Positions 14,305 through 21,115 of a DNA stretch of 24,000 nucleotides are shown here, piece by piece. The notes under the pieces were generated by a model. It had not been told where the DNA came from and made no database searches. It saw nothing but the letters and a program-made list of their open reading frames with translations. The position numbers were made by a program, and so were the translations under genes. This DNA comes from Tahibacter aquaticus (GTDB lineage Bacteria; Pseudomonadota; Gammaproteobacteria; Xanthomonadales; Rhodanobacteraceae). The number at the start of each line of letters is the position of its first letter. Position 1 is the first letter of the stretch. The stretch spans positions 1 through 24,000 of the forward strand of contig NZ_SNZH01000019.1 in the NCBI RefSeq assembly GCF_004363655.1. Direction: 5' to 3'.

Positions 14305-14593
14305 CGGCAACTACCGCCACGTCACGAGTCACCGACTGGCTGAACGTCAACCGTCATTACCTCTAGTACGAACGCGATCAAGGCTGACCTCAGGCCACTG
14401 CCCCTTGAAACAGCCCCGATAGGGGCAAGTAACTGCCGTCCGCCTCTCTGCCTTCAATCTGTGGGCTGTGCGGTGAAAATGTTCTACACAATTCCTGCAC
14501 AGGCTTTTTTCTGTCAATTTAATCTTGTAAAAACAAATAGATGCGAATGCATCCTTCCACCGCTGGAAGGACCGACCTTCGCAAACCCAGGAA

Positions 14594-15382
14594 TTGGTCG
14601 CCCTTGATGTGGACTCGATCCACCGCATTGTGTATGACCCGGAGCGGTTTTCCGAAGTCTCCGTTCTCGTCGTCGACTACTTCATGCCGGAAATGGACGG
14701 CGTCACCTTCTGCAAGCGGCTCAACAATCCGCTGATCGGCAAGATCCTGCTCACCGGCCGCGCGGAAGACTCGGTCGCGATCGAAGCCTTCAATTCCGGC
14801 GTGATCGATCGCTTCATTCGCAAGAGCGATCCGCAGGCCATGGCCAAATTGCAAGTCGCCATCCGCGAATTGCAGCAGCGCTATTTCGAGCGCGCCGGCG
14901 CCTTCGTCGCCGAAGCGTTGGCGATGGGGCGATTCTCGTTCCTGCGCGATCCAGCCTTCCGTGCCGTATTCGATTCGGTCGTGGCTACCTTCCAGCCGAT
15001 CGAATCGTATGTGGTGTGCAATCCCACTGGCGTGCTCATGCTCGACGCCTGGGGAGTGGGCCGCTTCTTGCTTGTACAGACCGACGATGATCTGCGCGAG
15101 CAACACGATGTGGCCGAAGATCGCGGTGCCCCGGACAACCTGCTGCGTGCCTTGCGCTCCGGCAGTGCCTTGCCCTGGTTCTGGTCCAGCGGTGGCTTCT
15201 ACAGCCCGCAAATTGCCGACCCTGGCGCAAACCTGTTTCCGGCCACCGCGATACAAGGCGATAACTGCTACTACTTCAGCCTTATCGATCACCTTGAACC
15301 GCTGCAGCTGGCCCATGTGAAGTCGTACCGCAACTGGTTGCGCGAACAGGACAATATCGACATCCCGCCGCGCGCGGGATAG
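14594..15382 (+). CDS. Receiver-domain (LqsR-like) response-regulator protein, apparently 5'-truncated at the island junction
   Basis: The phospho-acceptor region VLVVDYFMPEMDGVTF, followed by GKILLTGRAE..AFNSGVIDRFIRK, lies only ~28 aa after the first possible start (TTG). The frame is closed by a TAA at 14528-14530. The N-terminal acidic-pocket part of a receiver domain is absent. Confidence 0.75.
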   Translation: MVALDVDSIHRIVYDPERFSEVSVLVVDYFMPEMDGVTFCKRLNNPLIGKILLTGRAEDSVAIEAFNSGVIDRFIRKSDPQAMAKLQVAIRELQQRYFERAGAFVAEALAMGRFSFLRDPAFRAVFDSVVATFQPIESYVVCNPTGVLMLDAWGVGRFLLVQTDDDLREQHDVAEDRGAPDNLLRALRSGSALPWFWSSGGFYSPQIADPGANLFPATAIQGDNCYYFSLIDHLEPLQLAHVKSYRNWLREQDNIDIPPRAG

Positions 15383-15511
15383 TCGCGCATCATCGCAAAC
15401 CCTCTCGATTCCGACCGGCCCAAGGCCGGACCGGTCGTCCCGCTGCGGCGCCGTAACCGCAGCCAGCCAGGGATGGCTTGGTCCATAAACTCCCGTGAGA
15501 GGTTTGCAGTC

Positions 15512-16798
15512 ATGTCTATTTCCTTCCCGTCTGTTGTCACCCCTTCCTTCCAGATGCTGCCGGTGCGTTCGCCGGAGCTGCCGGAGTTCGCCCGCCAGCG
15601 CGTGGAGCGATTCCATAACGAGCGCGTCGCCACGAGCTGGAACGGCCGCCATATCCTGCGCGGCGCCAAGCCCGGCGCCAATGCGCTGATGTTGCAGAGC
15701 AATGACTATCTGGCCATTACGCGGCATCCGGAAATTGTCGCCGCGCAGCGCGAGGCACTCGCCTGCGCCGGCAACGGCGCAATGATGTCCGGCCTGTTTC
15801 TGCAGCATGACGACGATCCGCTGCACGTGGTCGAACGCGAACTCGCCCTGGCCCTGGGCAGCGAAGAAACCATCCTCTGCCAGTCGGGCTATGTGGCGAA
15901 CATCGGCCTGGTGCAATGCCTGGCCGGAGAGCGCACGCCGGTCTATATCGACATGCTGGCGCATGCATCGCTGTGGGAAGGCATCAAGGCTGCCGGCGCG
16001 CAGTCGGTGCCGGTTTTCCACAACGATCCGGAGTATCTGGAGCGGCAGATCCTGCGCCACGGCCCCGGCCTGATACTGGTCGACTCTATCTACAGCACAA
16101 ACGGCAGCATCTGCCCGCTGGCGGAATTCGCCACTATCGCACAGCGCCACGGCTGCATCTTCATCGTCGACGAATCGCACTCGCTGGGCACACACGGCGT
16201 GCATGGCGAAGGGCTGGTCGCCAGCCTCGGCCTGAACGACCGCGTGCATTTCGTCACCGCCAGCCTGGCCAAGGCGTATTGCGCGCGGGCGGGCCTGATC
16301 AGCTGCAGCCGCCGCTTCAAGCCGTACTTCGCCTTCGAGTCGATGCCAGCGATCTTCTCCTCCACCCTGCTGCCGCCGGAGCTGGCTGGCATCGACGCTT
16401 CGCATCGCGTGATCCAGCGCGAAGGCTGGCGCCGTGCACGCCTGCAGCACGTCACCCGGCGCGTGCGCGAAGCGCTGCTGGAACTGGGCTATCCGGTACG
16501 CGAAGGCACCGAGCAGATCATCGCGCTGGAAGTCGGCACAGAAGCTGCCGTGATGAAGGTGCGCGATGCGTTCGAGGCGGAAAACATCTTCGGCGCGATC
16601 TTCTGCGCACCGGCCACGGCGAAGAACCGCGCGCTGCTGCGCCTGACCCTGCACGCCGGCCTCGACGACGATGCGGTCAATCGCCTGATCGGCGCCTGCA
16701 CGCGGCTGCGCGACAAGATCGACCTGGCCGACTGGAGCGCATCGCGACGCGAACGGCGTACGGTGAACAAGCCGCAGGCGGCTCTGGAGGTGGCCTGA
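15512..16798 (+). CDS. cqsA: CqsA/LqsA-family alpha-hydroxyketone autoinducer synthase (PLP-dependent, class II aminotransferase fold)
   Basis: Motifs shared with Vibrio CqsA: LQSNDYLA, CQSGYVANIGL, VYIDMLAHASLWEG, HGPGLILVDSIYSTNGSICPL, IVDESHSLGTHG, HFVTASLAKA, PAIFSSTLLP. The ATG at 15512 has GAGAGG 9 nt upstream; the track start at 15473 is possible but has a weaker SD. Confidence 0.9.
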   Translation: MSISFPSVVTPSFQMLPVRSPELPEFARQRVERFHNERVATSWNGRHILRGAKPGANALMLQSNDYLAITRHPEIVAAQREALACAGNGAMMSGLFLQHDDDPLHVVERELALALGSEETILCQSGYVANIGLVQCLAGERTPVYIDMLAHASLWEGIKAAGAQSVPVFHNDPEYLERQILRHGPGLILVDSIYSTNGSICPLAEFATIAQRHGCIFIVDESHSLGTHGVHGEGLVASLGLNDRVHFVTASLAKAYCARAGLISCSRRFKPYFAFESMPAIFSSTLLPPELAGIDASHRVIQREGWRRARLQHVTRRVREALLELGYPVREGTEQIIALEVGTEAAVMKVRDAFEAENIFGAIFCAPATAKNRALLRLTLHAGLDDDAVNRLIGACTRLRDKIDLADWSASRRERRTVNKPQAALEVA

Positions 16799-16847
16799 GG
16801 CCCGAGCCCCATCGCGCTGTTGCACTGGTTGAATGAGTGAAAACCGG

Positions 16848-16872
16848 GCGGCCCGAACAGGGCCGCTTTTTT
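16848..16872 (+). terminator. Rho-independent terminator after the autoinducer synthase gene
   Basis: GCGGCCC (16848-16854), loop gaaca, GGGCCGC (16860-16866), followed by TTTTTT (16867-16872). Confidence 0.75.
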
Positions 16873-16885
16873 CGTGCCTGTCGTG

Positions 16886-17008
16886 CGGTGGCGGTGCAAT
16901 TCGCCTTGCTCATCGCACCCGACGAAAGCAGCGCGTGTCGAGCAGGGCGCGATGAGCGCAGCGAATTGCGCCGAACGATCGTGCGCCGCAATTCGCGCGG
17001 CTCATTGC
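16886..17008. repeat. REP-like intergenic cluster: three ~21-bp units (direct, inverted, direct)
   Basis: The three units are GCAATTCGCcttGCTCATCGC (16886-16906), GCGATGAGCgcaGCGAATTGC (16949-16969, inverted) and GCAATTCGCgcgGCTCATTGC (16988-17008). They lie between convergent genes. Confidence 0.6.
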
Positions 17009-17041
17009 CCGTCATGCGTGCCGCGGTTTGCAGCAAGGATT

Positions 17042-17908
17042 TCAGTGCTCGGGCAGCGGAATGAATTCTGTCTCATCCGGTACAGATGGAAAACGCTGCG
17101 CGGCCCAATCCTGCTTGGCCTGCTCGATGCGCTCGCGGCTGCTGGCCACGAAGTTCCACCACAGGTGACGCGGACCATCCAGCGCATCGCCGCCGAGCAG
17201 CACGACACGGCTGTCGACAACCGCAGTGAAGCTGTCGGCTTGCGCCGCCAGTACCGCCAGTTCGTTCGCCGGCACGGCCTGGCCATCCACCTCGATGCCG
17301 CCGCTGACGACATACAGTGCGCGCTCGGCGTAGTCGGCCTGCAGCGACACGCGGCTGCCGGCGCTGACGTCCATCCACACGTACAAGGTCGGCGACGGCG
17401 CCTGCACCGGCGACTCCACGCCGAAGGCGCGCCCCATCAATACGTGCAGGCTGGCGCCGTCATGCTGCACCCGCGGCAGGCTGCTGCCGGGGTAATGGCG
17501 GAACCAGGGTGCGGACTCGGCCTGGTCCTGCGGCAAGGCCAGCCAGGTCTGCAGGCCGTGCAGGTACTGGCCCTCGGCCTTGGCCTGCGCACTGCCGCGC
17601 TCGGAATGGACAATGCCGCGTCCCGCACTCATGAGATTGATGTCGCCGGGACGGATCGCCTGCACCGTGCCAAGGCTGTCGCGATGCACCATCTCGCCGG
17701 CCATCAGATAGGTGACAGTGGCCAGGCCGATATGCGGATGCGGCCGTACATCGGTGCCGCCGCCCGGCGCCACGTCCAGCGGGCCGAACTCGTCGAGAAA
17801 GACGAACGGACCCACCGCGCGGGCACGCAGATGCGGCAAGGCGCGGCGTACGATCAGGCCACCGCCGATATCGTGGATGCGCGGCTCGATCAGGATGGTC
17901 TGGCTCAT
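17042..17908 (-). CDS. Pirin family protein (bicupin)
   Basis: 288-aa product. The signature GPFVFLDEFGP..RPHPHIGLATVTYLMAGEMVHRDSLG..NLMSAGRGIVHSE is the typical pirin N-terminal cupin metal site. Confidence 0.92.
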   Translation of the reverse strand: MSQTILIEPRIHDIGGGLIVRRALPHLRARAVGPFVFLDEFGPLDVAPGGGTDVRPHPHIGLATVTYLMAGEMVHRDSLGTVQAIRPGDINLMSAGRGIVHSERGSAQAKAEGQYLHGLQTWLALPQDQAESAPWFRHYPGSSLPRVQHDGASLHVLMGRAFGVESPVQAPSPTLYVWMDVSAGSRVSLQADYAERALYVVSGGIEVDGQAVPANELAVLAAQADSFTAVVDSRVVLLGGDALDGPRHLWWNFVASSRERIEQAKQDWAAQRFPSVPDETEFIPLPEH

Positions 17909-17950
17909 GGCTCAACCCTGTATGGCGCCGACCGCACTGGCGCATTAATG

Positions 17951-17978
17951 AAAAACGCCACGAATCGCTTCGTGGCGT
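17951..17978 (-). terminator. Rho-independent terminator downstream of the cold-shock gene
   Basis: ACGCCACGAA (17955-17964), loop tcgc, TTCGTGGCGT (17969-17978). The plus-strand A-run at 17951-17955 gives TTTTT after the hairpin on the minus strand. Confidence 0.7.
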
Positions 17979-18008
17979 TTCGGACTCCCCCACGCAACGG
18001 CAGTTTCT

Positions 18009-18218
18009 TCAGACGGCGCTGACTTCGTCGGCCTGCAGGCCCTTCTGGCCCTGCACTACCTTGAAGCTGACCTTCTGGCCTTCCTGCAGGCTCTTGAAAC
18101 CATTGCCGACAATGGCGCGGAAGTGGACGAAGACGTCCTGGCCATTCTCACGGGCAATAAAGCCAAACCCCTTGGCATCGTTGAACCACTTGACGGTACC
18201 AACCTCACGATCCGACAT
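18009..18218 (-). CDS. CspA-family cold-shock protein
   Basis: The sequence [36 protein letters not shown] contains the RNP1 and RNP2 motifs. The ATG at 18218 has GGGAGAG upstream; the track start at 18233 adds 5 unlikely residues. Confidence 0.93.
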   Translation of the reverse strand: MSDREVGTVKWFNDAKGFGFIARENGQDVFVHFRAIVGNGFKSLQEGQKVSFKVVQGQKGLQADEVSAV

Positions 18219-18449
18219 GAAACGCTCTCCCAAGCTCGAAACATAGATGGCCAGGCCATCGCCTTACTGGTTGCAGGGCTCAAGACAAAGCGATGACGCG
18301 GATCAGCCGATCGGTGGCATCGGGTCAAACGTTCAGACCGTGCAAACACAGCGCGAGCAGTCTACTCAAGCTTTTTAACAAAATCGACAGTGTCTGAACG
18401 GCAGCCGACCAGGTCGAAGCCGGCAGCGCCCGTGGGATACCATCGGCAC

Positions 18450-19343
18450 ATGCCCTTGCCCTCTGCTGCGCCCGAGCCGGCGCCCGAATCCTTGTGCGTT
18501 GCCGCTGCCGACGGCCACGCCGCCCAACTGCTGTTGCTGCGCGGCGAGCCCGGGCGAAAGCTGGGCCTGCTCTGGCTACCGGCCATGGGCGTGCCCGCCC
18601 GCAAGTACCGTCACTTTGCCGCTGCGCTGGCCGGGCGCGGCTGGAGCGTGGCCCTGCACGAATGGCGCGGACAGGATTCAAGCAACTGGCGCGCTGCACG
18701 GGCCTGCGACTGGGGTTATGCGCAATTGCTCGCCGACGTAGCCGCCAGCCGCGAGCAACTGGCCGAAGCCGCTGCCGATACGCAATGGATCGTCGCCGGC
18801 CACAGCCTGGGCGGACAGCTCGCCGCTCTGGCATTGGCGCAGCGACCGCAGGACTTCGCCGGCTATGCGATCGTCGGCAGCGGCCATCCCTGGTGGCGCA
18901 CGTTTCCGGGCTGGCATCAGGGCGTGTTGCTGGCGGCAATCGCCGGGTTCCGCCTGGTGTCGGCGGTATGCGGTTACTTCCCCGGCGACAAAGTCGGCTT
19001 CGCCGGACGCGAAGCCCGCGGCGTGATCCGCGACTGGGCCGACAGCGCCGCCAGCGGCGAGTACCGCCCGGCGGCGCTCGATTTCGCCGCGGAAGCACGC
19101 CTGCGCAAAGTGGTCACGCCGGCGCTGGCGCTGCGCCTGTGCAGCGACTGGTATGTACCCGCCGCCTCGCTGGACTATTTGCTGGCAAAGCTGCCTTTGC
19201 TGCAATTGCAGCGCGGCGAGATTGCCGACCGCGAGTTCAGTGGCGGGCGTGCCGGACATTTCGAATGGATGCGCGAGCCGTTGCCAGTGGTGGCGCGTAT
19301 CGATGCGTGGCTGGCGGGGATCGAAGCAACCACGGGGTCCTGA
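18450..19343 (+). CDS. Alpha/beta-fold hydrolase
   Basis: The nucleophile elbow is IVAGHSLGGQLAAL, preceded by LLWLPAMGVPARKY. The start is uncertain: ATG at 18450 is preferred, GTG at 18390 is the track start. Confidence 0.8.
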   Translation: MPLPSAAPEPAPESLCVAAADGHAAQLLLLRGEPGRKLGLLWLPAMGVPARKYRHFAAALAGRGWSVALHEWRGQDSSNWRAARACDWGYAQLLADVAASREQLAEAAADTQWIVAGHSLGGQLAALALAQRPQDFAGYAIVGSGHPWWRTFPGWHQGVLLAAIAGFRLVSAVCGYFPGDKVGFAGREARGVIRDWADSAASGEYRPAALDFAAEARLRKVVTPALALRLCSDWYVPAASLDYLLAKLPLLQLQRGEIADREFSGGRAGHFEWMREPLPVVARIDAWLAGIEATTGS

Positions 19344-19441
19344 TCGGCGCAACAGCGCTTTACGCCTTCCCCTTGCGCAGGCAGGCGTAGTTCCGACAAT
19401 CCTGCAATGGCCCCTGCTCGGCGCTCAGCGCAGCGAACCGC

Positions 19442-20956
19442 TCAAGCCACCACCACCGGAATCTTGCCGATACGCGCCTGCCATTCCCTGGGCCCGGTCT
19501 CGTGTACCGAACTGCCGCTGCTGTCCACCGCCACGGTGACCGGCATGTCCTTGACCTCGAACTCGTAGATCGCCTCCATGCCCAGGTCTTCGAAGGCGAG
19601 CACGCGCGCGGCCTTGATTGCCTTGGACACGAGATAGGCCGCACCGCCGACCGCCATCAGATAGACGGCCTTGTTGTCGCGGATCGCCGCGATCGCCGAG
19701 GGACCGCGCTCGGACTTGCCGACCATGCCCAGCAGGCCGGTCTGCTCCAGCATCTGCCGGGTGAACTTGTCCATGCGCGTGGCCGTGGTCGGGCCAGCCG
19801 GACCGACCACTTCGTCGCGCACCGGATCGACCGGGCCGACGTAGTAGATGAAGCGGTTGGCGAAGTCGACCGGAAGCTTTTCTCCCTTGTTCAACATTTC
19901 CACCATGCGCTTATGTGCCGCATCGCGGCCGGTCAGCAGTTTGCCGTTGAGCAGGATGGTCTCGCCCGGCTTCCAGCTGACGACTTCCTCGCGCGTGATG
20001 GTATCCAGGTTGACGCGACGGCCTTTGGACGCGTCGTAGGTGAGCGTGGGCCAATCGTCCAGCGACGGTGGTTCCAGTGCCACCGGGCCAGAGCCGTCGA
20101 GCACGAAATGCGCATGTCGCGTGGCCGCGCAGTTGGGAATCATCGCTACCGGCAGGTTGGCGGCGTGGGTGGGATAGTCCAGCACCTTCACGTCCAGCAC
20201 CGTGGTCAGGCCGCCCAGGCCCTGTGCGCCGATGCCCAGTGCGTTGACCTTCTCGTACAGCTCCAGGCGCAGCTCTTCGGCGCGATTCGTGGCGCCGCGG
20301 GCGATCAGGTCCTGGATGTCGATCGGCTCCATCAGCGCTTCCTTGGCCAGCAGCATGGCCTTTTCCGCGGTACCGCCGATGCCGATGCCGAGCATGCCCG
20401 GCGGGCACCAGCCGGCGCCCATGGTGGGCACGGTCTTGAGCACCCAGTCGACGATGGAATCGGACGGGTTGAGCATGGCGAACTTGGACTTGGCCTCGGA
20501 GCCCCCGCCCTTGGCCGCGACGATGACGTCGACCTGGGCACCCGGCACGACGCGCATATTCACCACGGCCGGCGTGTTGTCGCGGGTGTTGCTGCGCTTG
20601 CCGGCCGGATCGGCCAACACCGAGGCGCGCAATTTGTTGTCCGGATGGTTGTAGGCGCGGCGCACGCCTTCGTTGACCATCTCCTCGACACCGAGGCTGG
20701 CTTGCCAGCGCACGTCCATGCCGATGGTCAGGAATACGGTGACGATGCCGGTGTCCTGGCAGATAGGCCGGTGGCCTTCGGCGCAGAGGCGCGAATTGAT
20801 CAGGATCTGCGCCATCGCATCGCGCGCCGCCGGCGACTCTTCGCGCTCGTAGGCGGCAGCAAGATTCTTGATGTAGTCGACCGGGTGGTAGTACGAGATG
20901 TACTGCAGGGCATCGGCGATGCTCTGGATGAAGTCTTCCTGCTTGATCGTGCTCAC
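19442..20956 (-). CDS. fumA: Class I (Fe-S dependent) fumarate hydratase, FumA/FumB type
   Basis: Supporting motifs: STIKQEDFIQSIADALQYISYYHP, ICQDTGIVTVF, and the C-terminal beta-domain GPVDPVRDEVVGPAGPTTATRMD. A GTG start at 20956 gives ~504 aa, the usual length for this family. The 37 residues further upstream in the track ORF look non-coding. Confidence 0.93.
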   Translation of the reverse strand: MSTIKQEDFIQSIADALQYISYYHPVDYIKNLAAAYEREESPAARDAMAQILINSRLCAEGHRPICQDTGIVTVFLTIGMDVRWQASLGVEEMVNEGVRRAYNHPDNKLRASVLADPAGKRSNTRDNTPAVVNMRVVPGAQVDVIVAAKGGGSEAKSKFAMLNPSDSIVDWVLKTVPTMGAGWCPPGMLGIGIGGTAEKAMLLAKEALMEPIDIQDLIARGATNRAEELRLELYEKVNALGIGAQGLGGLTTVLDVKVLDYPTHAANLPVAMIPNCAATRHAHFVLDGSGPVALEPPSLDDWPTLTYDASKGRRVNLDTITREEVVSWKPGETILLNGKLLTGRDAAHKRMVEMLNKGEKLPVDFANRFIYYVGPVDPVRDEVVGPAGPTTATRMDKFTRQMLEQTGLLGMVGKSERGPSAIAAIRDNKAVYLMAVGGAAYLVSKAIKAARVLAFEDLGMEAIYEFEVKDMPVTVAVDSSGSSVHETGPREWQARIGKIPVVVA

Positions 20957-21065
20957 GGTCGCTGGCGGTCTGCTGACGAAAGGCGCGCATTGTAAGCCAG
21001 CCCCGACGCCGCGCCAGGGTATTACGACCATGGGCCAAGGCCGCCTGCCGCCCTGCCCTTCGCCC

Positions 21066-21096
21066 AAAAAAAAGAGCCCGGGACCAGCCCGGGCTC
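21066..21096 (-). terminator. Rho-independent terminator of the large surface-protein gene
   Basis: A perfect 9-bp stem is formed by GAGCCCGGG (21074-21082), loop accag, and CCCGGGCTC (21088-21096). The plus-strand A8 run at 21066-21073 gives T8 after the hairpin on the minus strand, about 20 nt past the stop at 21116. Confidence 0.8.
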
Positions 21097-21115
21097 AAAA
21101 CTGCTGCGCTACTGA

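Noticed and set aside
14519-16825. 768-aa minus-strand ORF, the longest in this part of the track
   Set aside because: It is antisense to the receiver-protein and CqsA-like genes, which have strong family motifs on the plus strand. The product is Arg/Ala/Gly/Gln-rich with no recognisable motif. This is a typical high-GC antisense open frame.
16874-18022. 382-aa plus-strand ORF spanning the REP-like region and pirin antisense
   Set aside because: It overlaps the well-supported pirin gene on the opposite strand and starts within repeat DNA. The composition is not protein-like.
18325-19390. 257-aa, 298-aa and 224-aa ORFs overlapping the alpha/beta hydrolase gene
   Set aside because: All are extremely Arg/Pro/Ala-rich, off-frame or antisense. 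Only the 18390/18450..19343 frame has a GHSLGG nucleophile elbow.
19502-21098. 497-aa plus-strand ORF (19502..20995) and 395-aa off-frame minus-strand ORF (19911..21098) overlapping fumA
   Set aside because: The class I fumarase frame carries unmistakable motifs. The alternatives are Arg/Gly/His-rich, low-complexity translations of the same GC-rich DNA.
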